From an uncultured archaeon (GTDB lineage: Archaea > Iainarchaeota > Iainarchaeia > Iainarchaeales > CSSED10-239): a stretch of DNA of 25,444 nucleotides. Of this stretch, positions 1 through 11,000 are shown piece by piece. The notes beneath the pieces were generated by a model that searched no databases, was not told the DNA's origin, and saw nothing but the letters and a program-made list of their open reading frames with translations. The position numbers and the translations under genes were made by a program. Within the stretch, counting starts at the first letter, position 1. Every line of letters starts with the position of its first letter. The DNA lies in NCBI GenBank assembly GCA_964586355.1, contig CAZPGO010000008.1:1-25444 (forward strand), in the 5' to 3' direction.

Positions 1-3000
1 GAACAAAATAACTCTGTTGAACTTTCATCGCCTTCTATTGTTTCTCCAGTACATACAAAGGTAGGATTCCAAAGATCTAAGGTTGGATCTAAAACAGCAT
101 CTTCTGGATTTAAAGCATCTTCTAATGATGGATTTGTTGAATTTAGAGATCCATCTTCATTATCAATAACTTCCTGAACAGTAGTATTACTTGAATCAAC
201 AACACAAATAGATTTTGCAGGATCCCAAGTCAAATTATCTTCACAACCTATAGTAATTTCTTTTTCTTTTTTATCAGACTTCTCTGCATTTTTAATAGTT
301 AATGCTATTTTTAAAGTATCATTAGAAATATTAGGAACTGAAATATGTTCTGAACTTCTGGTAACAGAACCATCATTTGATTCTATTGCCCAAGAATAAC
401 TTGCACCTTTAATTGGATTATTTGGCTTACAAACAATAGTTGTTGAGTCTTGGTTTTTCTTAATTTCCCCAGTACACTCAAAGTCAGCATTAATTTTATC
501 ACTACTTTTTTCCTCATCTTTATCTTTATTACCTAATAAATTTCCGATCAAATCACCAAGCTCTTGAAGACCAAAAGAACCAATACCAGTAAACAAACCG
601 TCTCTTAATCCAGCTAGGATAGCCATTCCCCATTTAGCACCGCTATCTGCTTTTCCTTCAACACTTACTATCTGACCATAACATCTATTAATAATATTAG
701 TGGTATCATAACTTTTAGCATTTACTAACAAACCAGTGTTTTCAGAGTATGCAGATCTGTAAAGATCAAACTCATATCTTTCAAGATCTAAACAACCAGT
801 TCCAGGTCTTACATAAACTCTTATTTTTCCAACATTTTTCTCCGCACCTCTAGCTCCAGCAATTTTTGAATGAACATTTATAAAATAAATTCCTGGAGTT
901 AAACCAAGAGCAGAAACTTTAATCTCTTCACTGGTTCCTGTTTCTGAAACTAGTATGTTTTCTCTAGGATTAAACATCAATCCTTGACAATTATCACAAG
1001 ATAATCTATAACTTGTTTCGCTTCCACACCCTTTATTTTCTATAGTAAAACTATCTTCTTTTCCTAAATCATTTATTGTTAAAACATTTTTTGGAATACT
1101 ATAACAGTCTGATAAATTAACAACATCATACTCAAAATTAAAACTATTTTGTATCTCCTGTGCACCAGCAGTTGTAACATTATTAGATCTGAAAATAATT
1201 TTTCCAGTTACTTTGCCAGCAAATCTACCACTAGGCTCAAATCTTAACTTTACTGGATATTTTTTTTCTGAGTCTACTGTATCATATATTGTTTTATAAT
1301 AAGCAGGAGACAACTCCACTAATCTGTTTCCAACAGTTAAAATAAATCTTCCGTTTGGTGTTCCATCAAACTCTACTTTTGCAGACAAGCCGCCTAGTAA
1401 TGGTACTGGAATTTGTTTAATAGCACAATCGTTTTTCAAAGTAAATTGTTTTTCAGAAAATCCAGATTGCACAACTTCTTTTATAGAATATTCTGACATT
1501 GTAAGACAAGCAGAATTATCAAACATTCCATCAAAACCAACTGTTATTGATAGAGGAATTTCTTCATCCCAAACATAGTTGCTACTTCTAGCATCTTTTA
1601 AGGAAACTAATATCTTTGCATTTAGATTTTGTAACTCTGTTATTGTCTGTATTCTTGCATTTGTATTTATGGAAAAATCAAATGTTTTTTTACTATCATA
1701 ATTATTTGTAGAATCAGAGTCTACTGCTTTTATTTCTGTTCCAATAAAAGATAATAGCTCATTATTTATTCTTACAACATCAATTACTTCCAGTTGATCA
1801 TTATCTCCAACCAACTCTATCTTATCAACTACTAGATCTTGCTCAGAAATGTTTTCTATAGCAAGAGTAATATCTTGAGAGGTTTTGTCATTTACATTTA
1901 AACTAACTCCTAGCTTTGTTGGAGTAATATAATAAATACTGTCTGTTGTAGTTATTTCACTTACATGTGTTTCATATTCAGGAGATTGAACATAAACATA
2001 AACTTTATTTCCAGATTCTTGACCTGGAATATTATTAACTGAGACTAAACCTAAAGCACCAACAGTTACTGGGCCTGCAATTGTGTTTTTAAATCTGTCT
2101 TTTACTGTTACTGTGACTTCTTGATTTACTTCTATTTGCTTAGTTGCATCTTTAACTTCCAATTCTAAATTAAAGTTTTTTCCTGAAGGAATAACTTTTG
2201 GAGTAATATCAACTAAAAATGTTTTATCTGAAAGAGAATGAATAGTAATATTTTTACTAAATACAACCTTTTGATCAGAAACCATTTCTAATTTTATTTG
2301 TCTATCCCCTTTTAAGATCGGTCTAAATCTTATCTCTCCTGTTAAGTTTGTTCTTGGCATAAACTCTCCAGTGGCTATATCAAAATTATATTCATTTGCT
2401 TCTGGGGTTTTATTTATCTGTGAATCTGTTGGTAGTTTTAGATTCATATTTACAAAATAAATTCCTTCGTCTTCATTTTCTAATCTAAATCTTGATTGAC
2501 TATATATTTTACTATTATTATTATTTGTAAGACCAAAATTTAGTAAATAATCTTTTTGTGGAGCAGCGGTGTAGTTTGAAACCACATCTTCTCTTAGGTC
2601 TTGGGCTATATCTGTTATAGTTAAGGTAAAACAAAAATCATCATCACAAACAATCTCGTCTCCGATATTAAATGGAGTGGTGTTATATGACATATATTCT
2701 ATTTCATCTTCAGAACCGTCATAAGAAGGATCTGTTTCATAGGTATAATCTCTAGTGTATCCATAACCTAAATAATTAATCTCAACTCTTTCTCCAAATA
2801 AAGCAGTATCTCTTACTTTTACTGTTGCAACAATCTCATAAGCTGTTGCATACTCTTGATCTGAATAATCAGAGTCTTCTATTACTATTTTTGCCCATTT
2901 GCTATCCCCTAGAGTTCTAGTGTCAACATCTTCTTTATCATTATATCCTTGAGAGCTACTATATTGTGTATATTTTTCTATAGTTGCTCCAGGAACATCT

Positions 3001-5054
3001 ATTTCTTTTATATAAATACTATCGTTTTCTAGATATGGGCTATTTTTATTACCAGTTCTAATAACAGCACCAACTTCTCTAAAACTTTCACTTGAAGATC
3101 TATTGCTAGGAACAAATAAAACAAATCTTGCTTTATATTCTTGACCTGCTTTTAAGAAACCATCAAGTTTATTTTCACCTCTAAAAAAACCTAAAAACTC
3201 AATTTCTGGGTTTGAGATTGCTGATCTTGGTTCATATAAGGTTACTTTTAGATTTGCTTCTTGATTTGGATATATTTTTATATAATCTGATTGAGTGATT
3301 CCTAAGTTACCTAAAGGATCAGAAGCAACAACATAAACATCTAAATCAGCATCTAGATCTAAAGCTATTAAGCCTTGAGCATCTGTTAATTGACCACCAA
3401 CTGCTGGTATATATCTATTATATTTATCATATATTTCTACTTTTGCATTTGGCACAGGCTCATTATCTTTATTTACTATACTTAACAATAATTGCCCTTT
3501 TGAAACATCCATAACCACTTCTACAGGCGGAGTTATTTCAGAAAGTTTTGGATCAAAAGTAAAGTCTACAGATTTACCAACAGAGCTTCCTTTTATAGCA
3601 TAAGCATAATATTTTCCAGAGGCTACATTAAAGGAAACATTTCCATCAAAGTCTGTTATTCTTGCTTGATAGTCTGTTAAAAATCCAGTATCAGCATCAT
3701 ATAAAACTACTTGAGCATGTGGATATCCTTTTCCTGAATTACCATTAATTACTCTTATATTTATTGGAGCAACAGTATCTTCTGTTACTTGTGTTAATCT
3801 TATAGTAATGTTTGGTGAAACTGGCATAGATGACACAGCACTAACTGCTTTTGATTCTATTAAGTAGCCTTCTTTGTCTGCTACAACTCTATAACCTAAA
3901 CCATTATTAGAAACAGCAAATAAATATTCTCCATTAACATCTGTTCTTCCTGAAGAGATCTCTTGATCTTGTACTTTTAATGTTAATAACACATCGTCCA
4001 TTGGAATGTTGTTATTTCCAACAACTTTTACTTTTATGTATCCTGTAATATCTCTTGAAAGATATATTGTTTGAGTAGTATCATAATTTACATTTATATT
4101 AGAAGATTTATTTATATAAATAGGATTTGTTCTATTATCTTGTGCTCTTAATTCATAATTACCAGAAAGAACACCAGTAATATTACATGTGCCTCCAGTG
4201 TTTGTTACACATTCAGATCCTGATACCTTAAGACCTGTTGAGGTATATAAAGAGAATTTAATATTTTCTAATGACTCACTAGTTATTTGATCTTTTGCAT
4301 ATGCTGTTATTGTATAATATGTGTCATCCTCTTCAAAATCAGCAACTGTGCTAATTGTTGAAATTACTGTTGTTTCTGTATTTATTAGTCTATTATAAAC
4401 AGTTTCATAACCTTGAGCATAGATTGTTGCTCTTAATCCACAATTAGGATCAGCTAAAACTTCTACAACGCCATTTACTAAATCTACATCACTTGGTGCT
4501 AGAACATTATTATTACTACAAGTAAATTCCACGTGACCAGTATTTTGGATTCTACCATTATATTCATCTACTAAACTAAAGGTATAATTTACTAACTCTT
4601 GAGTTGAATCTTCTTTTTCTAAAAGTATTTTTATTTCTCCTGTCTTTGCATCATTATAAGTATAGGAATTATTAACTCTTTTATAGTTTCCTGAAGCATA
4701 ATCAATATCTATAACAAAATCTTCATCTTTTTCTAGTGAAAAATTTAACTCCCCATTATCATTAGTAGTAAAATTTTGTCTACCAGAAACACGCCCAGTC
4801 AATTCAACTGGAACACTAGGGATTGGTTGATTTGTTTCTAGATCATTAACAATTAATAGAACATTTGTAGAGCCTATTGGTGATATTGGTAATAATAAAA
4901 ATATTCCAGCAATTATTATGATTAATAGGAGTATAAAAAATAACATAGACGGCATAAACTTATCTATTTTATCTGTTATTTTATATAGCCCTGTTTTTTC
5001 TACAAAATCATACCATTTATTTTCTATTGAATAATAGATGCTTTTTAAACTCAT
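1..5054 (-). CDS. Giant membrane-anchored surface protein, paralogue 3 (N-terminal 1684 aa; 3' end outside window)
   Basis: ATG at 5052-5054 (minus), 14 nt after the stop of giant 2 and preceded by an AGGGA SD-like element. I hand-translated this frame at 4980-5054, 3045-3480, 2400-2460, 460-720 and 3-59 and found no stops; the full 5 kb was not checked codon by codon. N-terminus MSLKSIYYSIENKWYDFVEKTGLYK..., then (less carefully read) ITDKIDKFMPSMLFFILLLIIIIAGIFLLLP, i.e. motif plus hydrophobic helix as in the other giants. Carboxypeptidase-regulatory-like repeat signature, e.g. IVNKDNEPVPNAKVEIYDKYNRYIPAVGGQLTDAQGL (3370-3480). IEFLGFF...GAVIRTG module starts at aa 618. No competing ORF of 60 aa or more is listed on either strand in this 5 kb. 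Confidence 0.8.
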   Translation of the reverse strand, partial: MSLKSIYYSIENKWYDFVEKTGLYKITDKIDKFMPSMLFFILLLIIIIAGIFLLLPISPIGSTNVLLIVNDLETNQPIPSVPVELTGRVSGRQNFTTNDNGELNFSLEKDEDFVIDIDYASGNYKRVNNSYTYNDAKTGEIKILLEKEDSTQELVNYTFSLVDEYNGRIQNTGHVEFTCSNNNVLAPSDVDLVNGVVEVLADPNCGLRATIYAQGYETVYNRLINTETTVISTISTVADFEEDDTYYTITAYAKDQITSESLENIKFSLYTSTGLKVSGSECVTNTGGTCNITGVLSGNYELRAQDNRTNPIYINKSSNINVNYDTTQTIYLSRDITGYIKVKVVGNNNIPMDDVLLTLKVQDQEISSGRTDVNGEYLFAVSNNGLGYRVVADKEGYLIESKAVSAVSSMPVSPNITIRLTQVTEDTVAPINIRVINGNSGKGYPHAQVVLYDADTGFLTDYQARITDFDGNVSFNVASGKYYAYAIKGSSVGKSVDFTFDPKLSEITPPVEVVMDVSKGQLLLSIVNKDNEPVPNAKVEIYDKYNRYIPAVGGQLTDAQGLIALDLDADLDVYVVASDPLGNLGITQSDYIKIYPNQEANLKVTLYEPRSAISNPEIEFLGFFRGENKLDGFLKAGQEYKARFVLFVPSNRSSSESFREVGAVIRTGNKNSPYLENDSIYIKEIDVPGATIEKYTQYSSSQGYNDKEDVDTRTLGDSKWAKIVIEDSDYSDQEYATAYEIVATVKVRDTALFGERVEINYLGYGYTRDYTYETDPSYDGSEDEIEYMSYNTTPFNIGDEIVCDDDFCFTLTITDIAQDLREDVVSNYTAAPQKDYLLNFGLTNNNNSKIYSQSRFRLENEDEGIYFVNMNLKLPTDSQINKTPEANEYNFDIATGEFMPRTNLTGEIRFRPILKGDRQIKLEMVSDQKVVFSKNITIHSLSDKTFLVDITPKVIPSGKNFNLELEVKDATKQIEVNQEVTVTVKDRFKNTIAGPVTVGALGLVSVNNIPGQESGNKVYVYVQSPEYETHVSEITTTDSIYYITPTKLGVSLNVNDKTSQDITLAIENISEQDLVVDKIELVGDNDQLEVIDVVRINNELLSFIGTEIKAVDSDSTNNYDSKKTFDFSINTNARIQTITELQNLNAKILVSLKDARSSNYVWDEEIPLSITVGFDGMFDNSACLTMSEYSIKEVVQSGFSEKQFTLKNDCAIKQIPVPLLGGLSAKVEFDGTPNGRFILTVGNRLVELSPAYYKTIYDTVDSEKKYPVKLRFEPSGRFAGKVTGKIIFRSNNVTTAGAQEIQNSFNFEYDVVNLSDCYSIPKNVLTINDLGKEDSFTIENKGCGSETSYRLSCDNCQGLMFNPRENILVSETGTSEEIKVSALGLTPGIYFINVHSKIAGARGAEKNVGKIRVYVRPGTGCLDLERYEFDLYRSAYSENTGLLVNAKSYDTTNIINRCYGQIVSVEGKADSGAKWGMAILAGLRDGLFTGIGSFGLQELGDLIGNLLGNKDKDEEKSSDKINADFECTGEIKKNQDSTTIVCKPNNPIKGASYSWAIESNDGSVTRSSEHISVPNISNDTLKIALTIKNAEKSDKKEKEITIGCEDNLTWDPAKSICVVDSSNTTVQEVIDNEDGSLNSTNPSLEDALNPEDAVLDPTLDLWNPTFVCTGETIEGDESSTELFC
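3210..4860 (-). repeat. Giant 3: array of diverged beta-sandwich repeats (protein level)
   Basis: aa ~65-615. Verified hand translation: IVNKDNEPVPNAKVEIYD...QLTDAQGL. A less carefully read unit around 3850-4020 looks like GNNNIPMDDVLLTLKVQDQEISSGRTDVNGEYLF. Boundaries are approximate. Confidence 0.55.
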
Positions 5055-5068
5055 ATTTTTCCCTAATT

Positions 5069-8000
5069 TTATTCTTTATTATATTTATAACTTGGATTGT
5101 ACCATAATTTAAATATTTTGCTTCCATTTATTTCTTCAAAATTAAAACAAATCTTATTATTTATTATTGAATCATAATTTTCTGTATCTGACTCAGTGTT
5201 TTCTATTTCTTTTTTTCCATCTATTAAGTATTTGATCAAACTGGTATTTAGATTGAAATTATTATTGGTACTTAGATTTGATGGTATTAAATAAATATAT
5301 TTGTAATAATCTGTCACACTAAAATTTTCACTAACACCTAAATTGTTAAGCAACTTAGCTGTTGAAACTATTCTTAATTGCTCAGAATTTTGTTCTGAAA
5401 CATTAATATTATTAAGAACAAACAAAGTTGTTTTAAATAATGTTTTTTGACCATTAAGTTCTAATAACCTATATCCATTTTCTGAAACATCATCTATACT
5501 GGTTTTTCTAACAGAAGTTATCTCTTTATTACTCTCTGTTTTTCTAAACCAATCTATTGGTGTTGTTGGTGATATATAATTTCCTGATAAATAATATTCT
5601 AGGTTATAATTTAATGGAACAGTGGAGGTTAGTTGCAATGGTCTAATATCTGCAAAGCTTGATGTTACATAGTTGTCTTGTGGATCTACCATATAAGTGT
5701 AAATATAACCTTTTTGTATTTCATTCCAATTTTCATAATTTACATAAACATCTGCTTTTTTTGTGCCTGATGGTAATAAGTTTGTGTTTATTGAAACATA
5801 TGGTAGACTTATACTATTATTTATGTAATTATAATGAAGAGCATTAATTGGTGTCTTAAAGAAAATATTTTCTTTAAATGTTTGATTTGAGTTGTGTGGA
5901 TTTAAATAATCATTTAATCTATCTAAATCTGAGAAAGTATAGTTTACATTATCAGATTCAATGGAATCCAAATCAAATTCAACTAAAACAGTTTGTGGCT
6001 TTGTTATTTCTCTAATTATTGAGTTTTCTTTTAAAGTGAATTTATTAAGTGTACTACCCCAATTACCACTAGTAAATATTTTATGTGTTTCAGAGTCTTT
6101 GGTTAGATCTCCATATACTTTTGTATTTACTATAAATTTATCTAATGATACTCCATAATATATATCCATGCTTTTTAAGAAATCTTGAAGATAAAGATCT
6201 ATATCTTTATCATCTTCTAAAACCATATTATTTATTTTAGTATATGCGTAATCTAAAAACACACTTACACTAAATGAATAATAATTTTTATCATTTAGCT
6301 CATAATCATAATATGCTTTTTCTTGCCCTTTTGTTTGAGCATCTTCTAGAGTAAACAACTCCTTTGTAATTTCTGAAAAATTATTATCATTCATCAAATT
6401 AGCATTAATTGTAATAATTGCAAATTCTTGTAATTTTTCTGGAACAGCATCAAAAATTATTCCTTTTAATAATAAATGATAGTTTTCTGCAAGAACAGAT
6501 TCAGTAAACTTAGAATCTATTTCATTTTGTAAATTGATTATCATATGAGTAGAATTATCTTTTTCTAGTTTTTTTGTGCCCTCTTGTAACTTAAAATTAA
6601 TTTTGTTTAAAGAGTCTTCTTTATTGCTTACTATTAATTCAGTATATTTAGTTGAATCTTTTAACAGATCTACTTTCTTACTCATAGATACACGAAGTTG
6701 ATCTTGATCACAATAATATTTTCCATAGTCACAGGTGTTGTATGTAATATCTTCAAGATCCCAAGTAAATAATAATCTATCAAATCCATATTCTTTATAT
6801 TTATCTAAACTAGTATACCCTTGCACACCATTAAATGCTTGTGGACCATAACATTCTCCATCTTCTTGATTTATTGGATCTGATGTTATTGTGTAATCAC
6901 TAGTATCTAAATAAGAAGTTTTCTTTGATGCAAAACCACCAACTTCTGTAGTTAGTGAAAAATAAATATCATCATAGATTGTTTCTTTTAAAACACCCAA
7001 GGTCCAAGAAATTGGATTTCTTATAAAGAATTTTTTTACTAGACTTTTATCCTGATCCATAAAATAAATATCATTTATTCTTATAGAGGATTCGTCTTCT
7101 GTTAGTTTGTTATAAGGTCTAGAAATACAAATCATATACTTTCCTTTTTGGGGGAAGGTTATTGATGAAATTATTTCTCCAAAATTAAAAATTCCTAAAT
7201 TTAGTTTTTTAGAGATCTGTTGATCAATATATGATTTGGTAGTAATATCAGACAAACCCAAATCCTTAAAATCAGAAATATTACCAGTAAAACAAGCTTT
7301 TAGATCTGTTCCTGAAAACGAGGTAAAATCTTCTTCTTGATCAAATAACTCTTTGTTTAAAATTATTTTTATAGTTATTCCGGATTCGTCATTATATCTT
7401 TCATATCTTACTAAAGATTCATCTAATTCTCTAGGAGTAACTTTTGTTTCCTCATTAAATTTATCTAGGGCTTCTTTATCAAGATTTCCTTTTGTTGGTT
7501 CTTTTCCTTTTTCTACAGCAGGGAATTTATCTTGATCCTGAGTGTTTATATCTTTAGAGTCTTCACTAACTTTTTTAGGATCTTTTAATTGTTCTGTAAA
7601 TGGCGTTCCTGTTTCATCAGCAAGCCCTAACCATTGTAGATTATCTATAAATCTTAATTCTTTGTCTAACTCTTGTAATTGCATTCTAGGATTTGTATAA
7701 CCAATAGATAAGATCGGTGTTTTAACTATGCTCTCAAAGATTTGCATACTTCCTGTTCTAGTAGCAGTCACTCTTTCTGCAACAGTTCTATGTTTTGTAA
7801 TTACTTTTATTGTTTCAATATCTGGTTTTCTTAAAACATCTAAACTCCAAACCTCTATTGTTTTTCCGTCTTTTGTCATTGTTGATGGTATTGGTTTTAA
7901 ATCTCTAATATTCTCACCAATAGAGAAATAAGAAACACCGCTTTCTTCAATTTCTGCAATATCTTTTATTTTTAGATTATTTAAAATATATCCTTGATCT

Positions 8001-11000
8001 CTACAATTATTATAAATAACTAACCTTTGTTTTTTAGGAATTAATTGTGAAAAATCAAATTCAACTTTTGGAACTTCAATACAGTTTTCTGGAATGGTGC
8101 TTATTGGTAAAGTTACCGTTACTGGAACATCTTTTACATAAGTATAATCGTCAACAGTGTCGTCAACAGATTTAGCATAAACACTTAATTTATAAGTTCC
8201 TAAAACAGAACCACCTTGAATATTAACATTTGCTGCAGAATTTTTATTAACTGTAATCTCATTACTGTTTAGAACAGTTATTCCATATTCAGCATCAAAC
8301 TTTATCAAAGAATCATCCGCACAATTGTTCTTTACCTGTAAAGTTGTTGCAGGGCATCCAAACTGATTTGTATAGGTTGTGTTGTTTGTTGGATAATCTA
8401 AAAAGTTTTGATAATTTGTTTGATTCATCATCTGGCTATAACCTAGACTAGGATATTGCATGGTGTTAAAAGTGCTTCCTGAATATGGCACACCAATATT
8501 TCCACCAAAAGCTTGTTGATTATAACCCATGGTTGTTGGATCATAGGACATTGGATTATATCCAAAGTTATTAGAGTACATGTTGCCCATAAACTGGTTC
8601 ATAGCACAATACATTGCTTGAACTGTTCCTTTTGGAAGCTCTAGACAACTAGCGTAGTTGTTCATAACTATGTTAGAAATATGATCTACAGAGATATTAT
8701 CAAAACCATTAATATTTGCTCTTTGTGTTCTAAATATAATTTTTGGTTCTGCACTCATTGTTTTTAAAGTAGATTTTGGTTTAAATCTAATTTTTAAAGT
8801 TACTGATTCATTTGCTTTAAGAGTTGGTAAAATCTGTACTCCGTCATTATCAACCAAATCATATTCATTGTTTAAAGCAACAATACTAAAGTCTCCATAT
8901 TTTTTATTTTTAGACCAGTATAGATCTGCAAATATTCTTCCTAAAGAAACAGGTGCGCTATCAACACTACAATCGTTTTTTAAGGTTATAGAATATTCAG
9001 CAACTTCTTCAGCAGTTACTAATGATAAACTGTTTTCTATTGGATCTATGGTTAAACAGTTAACATTATTTACACTATTTCCAAAAGTGACTCTTACAGT
9101 TACTGGTATTTTTACAACCCATTCTTTTGAAAGTGAATTTTCTTGAATATATAACAACAGTTCTCCTGTTATTACTTTTTGAGTCATTAACTCAATACCA
9201 GTTTCATTTAATTTTGCTTCAACATCTAAAACTATTTTTTGAGCTGGGTCTAATAAAACTGTGTTTACATATGCAGAAATATCTATAAAATCATCATCAA
9301 GGCTAGACTCTATTTTGGAAATATATAGTGGTAAAATAGTGTTATTCATTAAAGAGATTTGATATTTTTCAGAATAGGTTTTTGAAATATCTAATTGTAT
9401 ATCTAAAGATTCTGGGGTGATATTTAATATTTGATCTGTTACTTTGTTTGTTAAAGTAACACTCTTATATCCTTGTTTTTTAATAACAAAATCAATAGTA
9501 GATCCTAGATTTACTGAAGGCAAAACATAAGCAAATATCCCCTCATTATCTGTTTTTCCAGTATCAATTACAGAACCGTTCTTTAAAATTAAAACATCTG
9601 CATTAACAACTGGGCTTTGATCTTCATGTGTTGCTGATATTAAAATATTGTTTGGAACATATGGAACTAAGACTGTTGGTATTTGTTCACCAATTAATAT
9701 CTTAGACTCTCTTACATCAAACAAAATATTTTTTGTAAAAACTACTTCTCCATTTGAGATTACAGAAAATATTAAAGTATCTGATTGATCATTTAATATT
9801 GAAAGATCAATATTTCCTGAAATATAATCATTTACTAAAAGATTACCAATTTCTATATAGTCAAAATCATTTGTTCCATTTATTACTTGTGCACCAACAC
9901 TTTCTATAAAGTAGTTTGTTAACTTTATTGTTTTTCCTTGAGCAATACTAGTAATGCTTAAAGAAGCATCTTGTAGATTTGTTTTGTCTACATTTAATCT
10001 AAATTGTAGTTGATAATCTGTATTTTCTTTTGCTGTAAATTTATCAATAATATTTCTATTTATTTTTGTACTTTTATCAAACACTGAAAAGCTATAACAC
10101 ACACCATTATCACAAAAATTAGAGGAACCTACATATATTGGTTGTTGTTTAGCATAAGCATAAAGTGATTGTTTTGAAGATGTGCTTACTGCTGTTTCTA
10201 AAACAGAATCTAATGGAAATCTTGAAACAGAATTACCGGTAATAAATTCTGCTCTATAAAAAACATTTTGATTTTGAGAAGCAATATCTCTAATAACTAT
10301 TTCAGCATCTATTAAGTAGCTTCCTAAAAGTGGTCTATTTATAGTTACATTAAACCATTTTGCATCCTTTTTTGTAAAGCTTAAAAGATCTGTTCCTTCT
10401 CCAAGGCATGGCGTATATGTGCTAGATCCATTTATTTGTGTTCCTGCATAGTTTATTTGTTTTATATAACTAAAATCTTCTTCTAACAAATAAGTTTTAG
10501 AACCACAACCTTCTCCAGCTCCTGTTCTTATGTGTGCTACTGCTTTAGAATAATCTCTATCAACATTTAAAACAAATCTTGCTATTACACTTTGTCCTGG
10601 GCTTATGCTTGTTACCATTTCTCCAGAAGTTGTGTAAAATCCTAAAAACTCTATATTGGAGGATGTTGTTGTTCTTGGTAATCTTATAGTTTCGTTAAGA
10701 ATAGTGTTTGCTTCTACATTATAGTGTTTTGTTATAAATTGTCTATCAAAATTATTTATTACAAAATACACAGATTTATCTGATCTTATTCTAATAATAG
10801 CATTTCCTTCTGAGTCTGTGTTTGTTTCTTTTTCAACCATCTCTTTATTTGTAGAAACTTCATAAACTTTTACATCTGTTGATACTGGACTATCTTGTGT
10901 ATCTAAGATTTTAAGATTATAAGTTCCTTCACCAATATCTAAAATAACACTTTCTTCATTAATCTCTCTTTCTTTAATGGTAAAATTTGAAATAGATCTT

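Noticed and set aside
1-5068. Reading the absence of any track ORF in the first 5 kb as non-coding DNA or a pseudogene
   Set aside because: The minus frame starting at ATG 5054 is open wherever I translated it, and it encodes a paralogue of the other giants. The track evidently lists only ORFs whose stop lies inside the window.
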